DNA of 64,000 nt. Origin: Camelus ferus (Eukaryota). Under the pieces are notes generated by a model. The model saw nothing but the letters and a program-made list of their open reading frames with translations. It did not search any database and was not told the origin of the DNA. Positions 1-12,427 of this stretch are shown here, piece by piece. A program made the position numbers and the translations under genes. The DNA lies in NCBI RefSeq assembly GCF_009834535.1, contig NC_045697.1, forward strand, positions 117,306,001 to 117,370,000. Direction: 5' to 3'. Numbering within the stretch: the stretch's first letter is position 1; every line of letters starts with the position of its first letter.

Positions 1-255
1 CTTAATGTTAAATTTGTTCTTTGCTTTCTATATTCTTAAGGGAAAAAGTTCAGATTATTGACTTCACACTTTTTTTAACAGACATGCAGCACTCTAAACA
101 TCTCTCTAAGAAGTACTTTAGTCATGTAGCACAAATTTTGATTTGTTGTGTGTGTTTCCATTTTTTTCATTATTCTCTTTAAAAATTTCTAATTTGTTTT
201 AATATTGCCATTGACCTATAGATAATTTAGAAGTATGTTTTCTAGTTTCTAAATA
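1..255 (-). mobile_element. Ancient L1 (L1M-type) ORF2 5' region fragment
   Basis: The segments 'ctctaagaagtactttag...cacaaattttgatttgttgtg...ttgacctatagataatttagaagtatgtt' resemble antisense old-L1 ORF2 sequence. Highly diverged. Confidence 0.6.
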
Positions 256-528
256 CATTCTCACCAGCAGTGTAGGAGGGTTCCCTTTTCTACACAGCCT
301 CTCCAGTGTTTGTTTGTCATTTGTGGACTTTTGAATGACGGCCATTCTGACTGGTGTGAGGTGATGCCTCATTGTAGGTTTGATTTGCATTTCTCTGATA
401 ATTAGCAATATTGAGCATATTTTCATGTGCCTATTGGTCTCTCCAAAGAAGACATCCAGGTTTTCTTTGGAGAGATGTTTATTTAGGTCTTCTGCCCATT
501 TTTGATTGTGTTGCTTGTTTTTTGTTTC
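256..528 (-). mobile_element. Younger L1 ORF2 C-terminal fragment
   Basis: Minus-strand ORF 199..426 reads [36 protein letters not shown], the L1 ORF2 C-terminus. Close similarity to the L1 copy at 10230-10380. Confidence 0.92.
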
Positions 529-623
529 TTTTTTTTTTTTTTTTTAATTTAATGGAGATACCAGGGATTGAACCTGGGACCTCATGTGTGCTAAGCACAT
601 GCGACACCACTGAGCTCCACCTT
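529..623 (-). mobile_element. tRNA-Ala-derived SINE (vic-1-like), short-tail form
   Basis: The reverse complement gives GCTCAGTGGT...GCTTAGCAC...GAGGTCCCAGGTTCAATCCCTGGTATCTCCATT followed by poly(A). Confidence 0.9.
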
Positions 624-1600
624 GACTTCTGGAGACCATCTTAATTACTACCAAGCTTGATCTTTAACTTGAATGCAGCATGAGTAAATGCCCTCACGGA
701 AGAAAAGAGCCAGCCAGCATCCACTTGTCTCAGAAGGTCTCTTACCTCCCTACAATTTTACTTTGTGGCTTCTCCAGACTTCTGATGCCTTCAAAATATC
801 ACTTTTGTAATGTATCTATGTTTTCTAGTTATGGCACTGAGAGCAGTATCTGCTGTTACCTGCTACATCCTGTCTGGAAGGCAAATGTTTTATCTTAATA
901 TATTTGTCATTCTAAAGATTCAATTTGGTTCCTTTTCAAACCTCTTGGTTCATTTTTATGGGCTCTTTTCTCCTTAATTGTATTTTCAATTTCCTCATAT
1001 TTCACAATATACTTTATATTTGAAAATTCTACTGATAATGTCTGCTTAAAAGTGTTGAGGGAAGTATATATCTCATGCTTTAATATACCTGGAAAGAAAT
1101 TCATAATCCTCAGAGGTTAAATATTAAATGAAAGCAGGAATCCATAAAGGTAGAAATAACCCAAAAGTTGGCTTTTTCTTCAAAACAGAATCACAATTTA
1201 TGATTTAATAACTTACACTCTATTGCATCATTTATAGGAAAGTAGAAAATATGTTTAAGAAAAGAGTGTGTGGAAAGTGGATTAAATGAGGGGGAAATTA
1301 TTTTTCCAATCATGAAGAATATATTCAGAGGTACAGAGTCTTTCATGTACCATCTATTCTAAAAGAGAAAATTCTCATCACCCATGGAACAAAATATTTG
1401 GGTTTTGTCATAAAAACCCCTCTACATTGTAGCCTCTGTCCACCTGTTCCATTTCTAGTCAGTTTCTCTGTTGTACTTAACGCTGTCTTTTCACTGTTTA
1501 TATTTTTCCATGCTTCATGTGATTTCACATCCAGCACCTCTGCTTGCTATTCTGTTAGTCTGATCATTCCTCCCCCCTAATTCCTATGGATAATTCACAC

Positions 1601-2115
1601 TGTGGATGTGATCACTTAACATTTATTTCAATCTTTCTCTCTAGTATACCTTCTTGCATGGTGGAAGCTAGAAAGTTAAAATGACACTTTTCTAACTCTA
1701 TTGCATCTCATATCAGCCTATTAATCTTGTAAGCCTTGAGATCAGAACTTAATAACTAGGGAGAGAGGGTGGCAGAATTCCAGACATTGATTTTATTATA
1801 ATACAAAGGCGGATTCAGCTTCCTGACTTAGGCGGCTTCCCAATTATAGCAGAATAGTATCCACTTAGAGTGAATACTTGCTATAATTTCTCAGATCAGC
1901 AGATGGCTTCCTGATTATAGCAGGTGAAGCCCCTCAATTAACAACCCCAACCTGTAAAATGGTTTCGGGAAATTTTTCTGGAAGCTTAGACTAGAGTCTG
2001 TTTTACCAGTACTCCCAATGATTAAATGTCATTTAATGGTCCATTACAAACCCCTTTCTCTTTGAACAATTTAGACAGAATTACATTCTTTGAATAATAA
2101 CCCCAGTTGGCATAC
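1601..2115 (+). mobile_element. Ancient ERVL/MaLR-class LTR remnant
   Basis: TGT start, a 'gctagaaagttaaaatgacacttttctaactctattgca' motif, and internal repeats of 'ggcttccyrattatagcag' (about 1834 and 1905). Family uncertain. Confidence 0.45.
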
Positions 2116-2373
2116 CCATGCTTTAAAATTTGGCTGAGGTAATATCCCATCTCATTCAATATTTCAACAAACTATTTGATTACCTTTTTCATAAGTCAAC
2201 CCCAGAAAGCCATGCTGTTCTAACCGTGTGCATTAATTTTTATCATCGTATTTAGTACATTGTATTGATATTGTATCTTTTCAAATCTTTTTCCCAATTT
2301 GACTCCAAACTCCTTGAAAGTATACTCCATTTCAGATTACTATCAGGGAAACTGTTTAAAATAAACATAAGGA

Positions 2374-2532
2374 GTGAGGAGGGTACAGCTCACTGCTAGA
2401 ATGTGTGCCTCGCAAGCATAAGGTCCTGGGTTCAATCCCCAGTACCTCCATTAAAGATAAGTAAATAAAAACACAATTACCCCTCCCAAATAAAGCAATA
2501 ATAAACAAATAAATTTTAATTAATTAATTAAT
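2374..2532 (+). mobile_element. tRNA-Ala-derived SINE (vic-1-like), long-tail form
   Basis: tRNA-like head with B box GGTTCAATCCC and a 'caattacccctccc' tail. Perfect 12-bp TSD TAAACATAAGGA at 2362-2373 and 2533-2544, just downstream of TTTAAAA. Confidence 0.93.
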
Positions 2533-2834
2533 TAAACATAAGGAAATCTCACTGTGGGTACCAGGTTCTGGTCCACTGGCAATGTCTTCGCTTTATCTTT
2601 TTCTTCATCCCTTACATTTTATTAATTGACTATCGAACACTAACGCTATTCCTTCTTCCACCTCATTCCTCAATTTTTTAAACCATATATTCAGACTTAT
2701 TGGGAAAAACCATTTGGAATAAGCATTTTATACAGTAAGTTGCTTGCTTATACTTACAGTAATGATTTGTCCCTATTACTTAATATCATTGTGTTGATAG
2801 AAAATCCACTAATTTGAATGATCATATTGATGAA

Positions 2835-3003
2835 TTATCTGATTTAATTATCCTGCAAGTCCTATGCAGTAAGTTGCATTACTTACACTTAAATATGACT
2901 TACATTTTAGATGAGGAAATTAAGGCTTCTGGAGGCTAAATAATTTTGTCAATACCCAGAAAGAGCAGAAGAAAGAATTCAAAAGTCAGTCTCACTCCAG
3001 AAT
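2835..3003 (-). mobile_element. MIR SINE
   Basis: MIR core 'cattttagatgaggaaattaaggc...' and 'gtcagtctcactccaga'. Confidence 0.75.
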
Positions 3004-3180
3004 CATCATGATCACTAATTGCCAGAACCTCTCACATGGATGGACCTCTGGAATTTCTACAGGTGGCAATGAGGTGACCACAGAGGAAAAGGAGGTGAAA
3101 CGCATGGTGAATGACCTCTCCCTACGCCCTGGTTCATAGAGCTGCATTTGTGAAATCTGTTTTATAGGTAGAATGGGTTT

Positions 3181-3593
3181 TGACGAAGACTTTCCACTTG
3201 ACCAAACTTTAGTCAGGATCCTCTGAATCCTATTCTGAATGAGGTCTTGACTTCTGGACGTCTATATTTGCCTTCGCATCACCCAATTTTAGCAAAAATC
3301 CTGTCATTTTAGTGAGAATCCCCACCCGTGATACCTGATCATACTGGTTGCTTCCAACCAGAATCCTATCAAGTCAGTTTAGCCAGAAGCCCCCTGGCCC
3401 CTGCTGTTTCCTCCTAGTGGTTTTCCATCCACTGACCCCCCACCGTCTCCCCCGCTGTAAGCCCCCACTTGCCCACACTGTTTTCAGAAACGAGCCTGCT
3501 TCTTATATGCAGGTGTCTTTTCTCCTATTAAAGCAGTTCCTGTACAAAATCTGGTTTTACCACTTCAATTTTAGGCTTTGGTTTCCTCTAACG
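3181..3593 (+). mobile_element. ERV1 solo LTR, MER31-like
   Basis: Starts TGACGAAGACT...TTGACCAAACTTTAGTCAGG, with internal 'agaatcctatcaagtcagtttagccagaa' and 'ttttccatccactgacccc'. Imperfect 4-bp TSD GTTT/GTCT. Confidence 0.8.
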
Positions 3594-4683
3594 GTCTGTC
3601 TCCACTTAAGATGTCCTAGGAGGAAAGCACCACAGAGCTAAAACTTCTAACCTACTGATGTTTGTTACATATGCAATACTTTTTTTTAATATAGAGGACT
3701 CTTAAAAATAATACATTGCAGATACTGACTGCCTGTAAGTTTTGTAGCATTTGATTATTGACTCTAAATTCAATAATCTTGGATTTTTTAATAACAGGAT
3801 CATAAGTAATTGAGATTCTAGAAGGGATACGCTACCTTAATTTCTTTCCAGGTAAAAATGTTTGTAAGATATTCCTCTAGGGAGTAATGCCACAGGCAAC
3901 CAGGTGTGAGAAGAATTACGTTTGCAAATCAAGCACAGCCACTGGGGTTATTAACATAACAAATATCAGAGCTTTGAACATCTGTTTGTTAAACGCTAGC
4001 CTTTATGGCTGATTCGCTTGGAAAATAAAATTTACAAGTGACTACTACTTCTATGGCTTTGCTATTACATGGTGAACATATTACTGAGAATTATATTAGC
4101 CATCAGGGGCCTTACCATATTACTGAATTACTTTATTGAGAATTTTACTTTAATTGGAGGATGATTTGTTTAGTATATTATATTACATTTTGCTCTTAAA
4201 ATCATCACATACAAACAATTATGAAGCACCTAAATCAAGGAATCATAACTTACACATAGGCCTTTTATTTAAGATTATAGTTGACTTGCTATAGTTCTAT
4301 ATTAGCCCAGAAAGTCAACATGAGACTCATTGTCTGATTGAAGATTTCTTTGTAGAATGAGCATCTTTAGTCCACAGTGAATATTCTATAATGGAAAATT
4401 CAAGGCAGAAACTATAAATTTCATTAGATTTTGTCCAAGGACCTGACTCTAAGACTTAATTGTATAAATTTACAGGAGGGTCAAAAATTGGAAAATTGGT
4501 CAAACTCTACGACATGCTGAAGAGATTTCAAAATGGCAGACTAGCCCTCAAAGAGACAAGCATACGCACCACCGATTGTTCATCGCTCTCAACCAACCCA
4601 CACCAAGTAAGCAAATAGTTCCTCAGTGTCACATTGGAGATGGTCAATAGCTCTAAAATATTTCTGTTACTTATGTTACATCA

Positions 4684-5115
4684 TGTGAATGGAAAATATC
4701 GCCAGCCATATCAGTACACAAAGGATGCTGCAGCCATCAAGTCATCAGCCACAACCGCCACCCCCAATAGTGAGCAGGAAGGAACTCAGGATGAGAAAGA
4801 ACAGAATACTGCCCCTAGATAGCTAGGTTCACATCAAAGGAATGACTTCAATGAGCCCAGACTTTTGCACCTTCCCATACATAGGAAAGTGCTCAATTCC
4901 TTTACTTGAGATATCTGGTTTTCTTTAATTAGCAATAATCTTTCAAAGTTCGGACTACCCGGTCTTTGTTGCAAAAACTCCATGTGTATACTGGCTCCTC
5001 CCTTGTCTCTTCAGAGCAGTCCTGCAGAGTAATCTGAAAGGCTGCATCCTCAGTAAGTCCACTGAATAAAACATAACTCTCAACTTTTAGGCTGTGTAAT
5101 TTTTTTTATTCAATA
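4684..5115 (+). mobile_element. Cetartiodactyl-type ERV1 solo LTR (copy 1)
   Basis: TGTGAATG start and AATAAA near the 3' end. Homologous over its length to the reverse complement of 20481-20977. Flanks ATCA/ATTG. Confidence 0.88.
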
Positions 5116-5747
5116 ATTGCATCTCTGTCTACCCTAACACAGTTTAAGTCATTTCACTGTGCTCTGAACTGGCACGGGGATAAATTAAAAAATCAGAGTC
5201 CTTTCATTAGGATGATAGTCATTGGGATCTTAGGTAGAAAAACAATAATTCAAGACTAACGAGATAGATCTTTTCATTTAAAGTCCAATTTGAAAGCTAA
5301 ACCAAGGATTCAAAGTATCTTCAGTATGGCTAGAGAGAATCTAATAGAGATGTCACAATTTTTGATCCTTACAACTGTGAGACTAGCAAAGATTTAATAG
5401 ATTAAAAATGATCTACTTTTAGGTCTTTCATAAGGTTTTAAGTTCCATTGAGAATTGAATGAAATTCCATTGGGACTACGCTTCTGAACACAATGCTATA
5501 TTGACCATCATACATATGGTATCTGATTTACACCAATAATTGATATCCATTCATACCTATATTTTACAGATGAAGAAAATGTATTTTGTGAATTAGGATA
5601 TTTATCTCACAGCTTCCATACACTCAAAACAAGCAAACTCCAAAGGGGTATCATGAAACTAGGAATTAAATCCACCCCATTTGCTCTCAGCAGAAGATCT
5701 TAGATATCTCCTTATTTCCCTTTTCCTCCTGAATTTTCATGGTAAAT

Positions 5748-5967
5748 GGAAGCACAATATAATGGTCAGATTGAAGGCTCTAGAGTCAGACCACATGGCT
5801 TCCAATCCTTGGCCTTCTAAGTACTAGAAGTTTACCTGTAACACAGTATTTAACAATTCCGTGCAGAAGTTTCTTTGTCAGTGATGTGGAGAAACCATTC
5901 CTAACGAGTGATGGTGGTTGAGATAATTCAGTGAGTTGATCGAATCCACACAAAGCAAAGCACTTGG
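5748..5967 (+). mobile_element. MIR SINE
   Basis: 5' region 'ggctctagagtcagacc...tccaatcctt', degenerate core, and 'aaagcactt' 3' region. Confidence 0.7.
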
Positions 5968-5974
5968 ATCCATA

Positions 5975-6393
5975 TAAATTAAAATTGGAGGTAACAGAGA
6001 GCCTGACTGATTTATTTTTGCTCAGTAAGGGACCGAGGTGGCTAATGATGCTATCAAAGAACAAGTCTCCTTCTAAATTTTTGCTCAACTATTCTTTGCA
6101 TGTGACTTCTGTCATTGTTATCCCAGGATGAACACTGCACATCAGTGTGCATGCCTGCATATGTGACTTTATACCTAGGAAGAAAAGAGAAAGCCAGGCA
6201 GCAAAAGGAAATCCCTCTAGAGATGAATAAAGTTTATATCTCATTAGCAAGAACAGAATTTAAGTGTGTAGCCTAGCTGCGGAGAGGCTGGGGAATAAAT
6301 ATTTGAGTTTCATAGCTTCTGTGGGAGAGGAAGAGAAATGAGTGGTGATATTCAGACTGAGTTTTGAGTAAGTCAATTAACAGAACACACTAC
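5975..6393 (-). mobile_element. MaLR LTR (MLT1J/K-like)
   Basis: Motif 'tatctcattagcaagaac...cctagctgcggagaggctggggaat' and end '...aacagaacacactaca', typical of antisense old MLT1. Confidence 0.65.
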
Positions 6394-8469
6394 AGGTACA
6401 TAGTAAGAATGCAGCAAATAGAGCCATGTCCTCTCCATGAATATCTTGCATTAGATTACTACAGTTATTCATCAACATTTCATCCAGAGATTATTTGAAC
6501 TTTTGATTTGGTTAATTAGCTCAGGTTTTGCCTAACTCCAATTTAAATTTCAAGAAGAGTAGTACTCATTTCTGTGGTTGGTCAAACTTCTTTTCCTTAA
6601 CTGAGTGCCTTCAACGAAGTTTGTGAAATAGGATTCTAATGCTGTTTTAAAACAACCATGAATGCTGTGATTGGTGTTGGCTGGTGGTTGGGGAGAAACA
6701 AGCACCTGTAATAAAGAGTGTACATTAAGTCTCCCACAATACATATAAAATTGATAGTAATCTCTACTGGTGATTTCTAAGATATCAGCGTAGAAGTGAA
6801 ATCTACCATGCCTGGTACAGCACAAGAGGGCTTAGATAAAAGGGCTATTAGAATGGTTTTTGATATTATTATTCTCTAATATAACCATAAGACATTGTCG
6901 CAGCCTCTAATAGATAATATATTACTTAAATGTGACAGAATTTATTACTACAAGTTTATTGTGCTTATGCAAAAAACTAGTTCTTTGAAACGTCAGCTAT
7001 AGATTTAATTTGTGCAAAATATCTTATGTTAATTAGATGCCTGCCTAAAAAATCTATGCTCTCTCAACAATACATAATTCCTGTACCTTAAAGTTTATTA
7101 TTAGTAATTAGTGTTATTGAATAAATCTGATCACACATTTAAAAATCTAATCTAGTATGGAGAAGGAAGTTTCCATTTTATTTCATTAGTTTTATAACCA
7201 TGAAAGAATTCCCTTTCAGGTCCCATATATAATTTTCTCAAAGTTAATGAAACATTATAATTTTTCTAATATTGATTGACTATTTCTAATGTACCAAATG
7301 CCCTTTCCAATGAGATCACTAGAAAGGGTTTCTGAAATATGAGAAATATTCAACCAATGTTAGCAAAAATTATGAAGATTTGTTAACTGTTTAAGAAAAT
7401 GACACATGTAATATGAGAATGATTATTACATATTTATATACAGATGCAAAACATACATGCATATATAAACAAATATACACACACATTTAATCCTCTTAAT
7501 AGTTCTATGGACACATGGAGTTATTTAGTTAAAATATATGTTATTTATATTCCATAGTTGTAAGTCATCCAAAATAATGCATCTAGAAATTGATGGATCC
7601 TTTTTAAAACCAGAGGGTCTAGCTTCAAAGCTATCACTCTAAAATGCTATCCTCTATGAGCTCCTATAATCTAAGAATGTTTTTCTTTTAAATTTAAATG
7701 CATAATTGTTATTAAGACCATTAATGAGGTTATAGAGTAAAGCTCCAAATCTTGTCCATTTCCTACATTTATTGCAAGCCTTTGAGAAAAGAATTACGTT
7801 ACATCCACTTCTCATGATGTCTAGCTAAGTATTTGAGGTGTCGTAACTTCTCTGGTTAAATGTTTTTCGGTAATCATTAATAGCCATGTAAAAGAAAGTG
7901 CAGTTTAGATGCTATGGATAAAAGGGAAATTATTTCTCTCTAAGAGAATGTCAAATGAAAGAAACTTTCAGAAATATGTCTAGTCATTTGTTTCTGTTTC
8001 TACTATAGACAAAATTATAATGTGACAGTAATGTTCAGGGATATTTCAATTTAATAAGGATTAAAAGCAGATTTTGTCGGCAGGTGTGTGAGAGTGTGCT
8101 GGAGGGGGAAGGGGTCGATGAGATGTGGTTTGTGATGTAACACAATCTATTTATAAATGCAAAATGAGAAGAATAAAGTCAATTACTAGTTACAATGGGA
8201 AGCCAGGAGGATGGTCATTAATGTCTACACTGGGGAAGTAAGCAAGGTTCATAGAAAGTGTTGCTGAATCTACTTACTGACTACTTGCTATCCATTCTCA
8301 TATTCTTTCTTACTAACAGAAACGCAGTGTTATCTGGGACTCCATTATACTCAATTAGAAACAAAGCTTGCGGACACTGAACAAAACAGGTTCTGTTAGT
8401 TAAGAGAAAGGCTAGACTTATCCATTGAAGGGGTTAACAATTTCTGCCACTGTAAGTTTAAACTAGAAT

Positions 8470-8870
8470 GAAAACAAAAGAATGTAAAAAGTAGTAATTT
8501 GTACATCTGTAAGGTATTAAAGACTAAAGAAAGAATTTTCTATTGGTTTCTATGATCATTTATTGATGGTAATGTTGGTATCTCAGGCAACGGGGATTTT
8601 TGTGGTGGAGAAAAAGAGCAGATGTAGGAGAGCTGAGGTTATTTATAAACTTGTTGGGCTGGATTTGAGTGGGAAGAACAGGTCCAAGGCTGCACTGGAA
8701 CTCATGGTTTTATCCTGAAAAAAGGAAACACCACTATGCTTTAACTCTGTCTATTGAAAAGTTCTAGAAACAAGAGCCAGTCAATCGTAGTACGCATCCT
8801 TAGGGCTCAGATCATCTAAATTCCAATTTTCTACAAAAAGAATCTACAACAATAGGAAAGCTGGTCACCT
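8470..8870 (+). mobile_element. Old L1 (L1MC/L1MD-like) 3' UTR fragment
   Basis: 'ctctgtctattgaaaagttctagaaacaa...gcatccttagggctcagat...ccaattttctacaaaaagaa' matches recalled L1MC3/L1MD 3' UTR motifs. Confidence 0.55.
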
Positions 8871-9094
8871 TGTCTGTGGAAGTGAGAAAACTTATTTACA
8901 AATGTAACATAGCCAAGTCATATTCAGGAAAAGTTCCAAGTATCTGTCACTTACCCTACCCATCTGTTTAGTTTCTACATCCAATAATTTTCACATTCGA
9001 ATACGGCAGAATTTCTATTCTAAAAAGTGGTTGATGTGCGATGGTGAATGTCTCCGTGAGGAACACTTAGAGAACCTTAAAGGAATGTGGGCTT

Positions 9095-10408
9095 GGACCA
9101 CAGTAATTACATTTAGTTGATACCAACACAGGGCCAAAATAACACTGTCTTAAATAATAAATACAATAATGCAAAGATTTACTCTTCTCTCATGAAATTC
9201 AGAGGTAGTCAGTCTAAAGATGGGATGGCTGCTTCATCATTTTACTAATGTCACAAACTTTGTCACCTTTTCTGATCCACACACTGACCAGGAAGAAGAC
9301 AGAGTATTTACTGGTGGAAATGGTTTCCAGCATATTCGCCCAATGTTTATTAAATTTTCTGGAGGTCATAGACAATTGTCTTTATTTCCATTGCTTTGGC
9401 TTCTCTGATCTGCAAAGCAGCTGAATAAAAAAAGGTAGTTTATTAACTCAGCAAATTCTCACCTGGAGCAATATAGAAATTCACTTACTGAAAAAGAGAA
9501 CGGATATTTATTTTTATTTTTTTAATTGAAGTATAGTTGATTTACAATATTGTGTTAGTTTCTGGTGTACAGCATAGTGATTCATTTATATATATTCATA
9601 TATATATATATTCATATATATATATATTCTTTTTTTCATATTCTTTTTCATTGTAGGTTAAAACAAGAAATTGAATATAATTCCTTGGGCTATACAGTGG
9701 GTCCTTGTTGTTTATCCATTTTCTATAAAAAGTGATATGTATCTGTTAATCCTAAACTCTTAATTTATCCTCCCCGATCTTTTCCCTTTTGGTAACCACA
9801 GTTTTTTTCTATATCCTTGAGTCTATTTTCAGTTTGTAAATAAAATTTGCATTTTTTTAGATTCCACATATAAGTGATATCATATGATATTTATCTTCGT
9901 CTGACTTACCTCACTCAGTATGATAATCTCTAGGTCCATCCATGTTGCTGCAAATGGCATGATTTCATTCTTTTTTATGGCTGAGTAATATTCCATTATA
10001 TATACATATATACACACACATTTTCTTTATCCAGTCATCTGTTGATTGGCATCTACATTGCTTCCATGTTTTGACTATTGTAAATAGTGCTGCTATGAAC
10101 ATTGGAGTGCTTGTGAATTAGTTTTCTCCATTTATATGTCCAGGAGTGGGATTGCTGGATCATAGGGTAACTATTTTTAATATTTTAAGGAGCCTCCATA
10201 CTGTCCTCCATCGTGGCTGCACCAGTCTACACTCCCACCAGCAATGTAGGAGGGTTCCCTTTTCTGCACACCCTCTCCAGCATTTATTTGTCTACTTTTT
10301 AATGATAGCCTTTCTGACTGGTGTGAGGTGGTACCTCATCATGGTTGTGGTTGGCATTTCTCTGATAATTAGGGATGTTGATTAGGTAACTGAAATCTGA
10401 GCTACAGA
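9095..10408 (-). mobile_element. Old MLT1-like LTR interrupted by an L1
   Basis: Left part ends '...actgaaaaagagaacggatatt' (about 9508) and resumes 'attaggtaactgaaatctgagctaca' (10381-10406). The join resembles the antisense MLT1J/K terminus. Confidence 0.55.
9509..10381 (-). mobile_element. 5'-truncated L1 (about 870 bp, 3' UTR plus end of ORF2)
   Basis: T-rich tail, 3' terminus 'ttgaagtatagttgatttacaat', 'agattccacatataagtgatatcat', and the ORF2 C-terminus in antisense. Confidence 0.95.
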
Positions 10409-10825
10409 ACCCCAGCCATGCTCTGATGTGGGACACACCTTTCCTTCTGGCTGCTGCCAGCAAACACTATCTAAAATGAGTACAGAGAACTGAAGACTTC
10501 TTACTCTTTCAAGATCAACACTGATAAAAGCTATGGGGAATGAATCAGTGTTTTTTTGGAATTATAAAGATACAGAATCCTTTGAAATATTTTAATGATA
10601 CTAGAATAAGGGGAAACTAATTTTTATTCTAAAGAATGTTAGTTTGGCTTAGCAACTGAGTCTTTGTTTGGTGGATTTGACCTCATCATAATACCTTTTT
10701 GGGAAAAATCAAGCAAGATTTGGAAATGAATTTAAAAAAACACAGTGTGTCCTTTCAAGGGAATGTTGTTTTCAGCGCCTCATGGACCCTCCAGGAATTG
10801 GCTGATTCTCTGGTGCTACACACTT

Positions 10826-10999
10826 TTTTAAAAATTAAAGTAGAGCTGATTTACAATATTGTGTTAGTTTCTGGTGTACAGCAGAGTGATTCAGTTACAC
10901 ACACATATATATTCCTTTTCATATTCTTTTTCATTATAGGTCATTACAAGATATGTGCTAAACAGTAGAACCTTGTTGTTTATCTATTTTATATATAGT
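10826..10999 (-). mobile_element. Very short L1 3'-end insertion
   Basis: Same 3' terminus as 9509-9730. Degenerate flanking repeat TGGTGCTACACACTTTT / TGGGATTGCACTCTTTT (12/17). Confidence 0.9.
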
Positions 11000-12427
11000 G
11001 GGATTGCACTCTTTTGAATGTCTTATGACCAGACTATTTAATGACTTTGAAGAGACAGAATTCAAGTTGTAGAAAACTGATTCCAATGCAAATGTTACCT
11101 GTCCACAGCACAGTAGACGAGTCCTGTTCTTGGCAATGCACACAGAACACGTCTGGTGGAGAACATGATCTTTTATAGCTCACATTCTCCTATAAACTGG
11201 TTTTAGCTGTTGACTAAATTGCCCATTAATTAGTGAGTAAAATAAAACCTTTGACAGATTGTCATTTTATATTTGAATGACAGTTATTATTTTACTGCTT
11301 TGAAAATTGGTCCCGCAGAGTTGTGGAGATCCCACCGAGATGCCAGCAGACTCAGCTGACAGAGCCAGGTTCAGTGTGTTGGAGGAGGGAGGAGAGGGGC
11401 GTTTAGACACAGCTCCTCTTGGTTCCCAAGTGACAACAAGACTTGAAATTTCCTGCGTCTGTGTTTCTCTAGTATATCCCACCTGTCTCCTAATTTTGCA
11501 AAATTTTCACAAAAAATTTTTAACTTATTTTCCATGCTTGAACAATTTCTGTATTTTGCTGTGAAGATACTTCTGTTTTGTTTCTTGGGGCTTTGTTTGT
11601 TTGTTTGTTTTCCTTTGTTTTTCCAGGAAGCACATTTGTACACTGTGAAGAGAACTAGGTTGCCATTTAAAATTCATTCCATTTGCATCACATTTTCTTG
11701 GGACTAGAGACAAACTTCAAAGGAGAAGTGTGAATCCATTTTGTAGATCACAAAATTCAAAAGGATTATGAAATATATCATTTGAGTGTCTATTTCCCTG
11801 ATAAGGCACATTATGTTTGGTAGCAATTGGAGGAATTATTTCTTGTACCAAGTAGGAGAAAATGCTAAGAGCAACATTTTGCTGTTTATTTTCAGGTACA
11901 CATTTTGGCTGCATAATGTATACAGTAGTAGGATTGGGAATGGCCTAAAGAAATTTAATTTTTTCTATTTGGGGCTGTATATTTCAGGCTAATGAAGGTA
12001 TAAAGTAAACCAATGATTTTAAAAAGAAAAAAAAGAGACTTTTAAAGAAAAAAACTCTGAAGTGAAAACTTTAACAGCAGCCAACTTCTGAATATTTCAT
12101 TTTTACTTAACTCAAACCTCTTAAACCACATTACCATAAGTAATTCATAGACCTTCTCTAAAATATGAAGGAGTTATAAAGCAACTTTTCATATTTGAAG
12201 ACAAGTCACGAAAATGCATTTGTATAAGTGGTATGCTTTGTTTTGCTTCACAAATGCTAAGATTACATGTAATTGAGGACATTACGATTATTGTCTGTTT
12301 TTGTCTTCCTGAAGAAAAAACTTCCATGCTGCAGTTGACAGTTGTAACAATCTTTTTTTCTCACTTATTTTTATTGTCCTTGTCAGGTTTCCAGCTCTTA
12401 CTTACCTCGGCTGAGGACACAGAGGGT

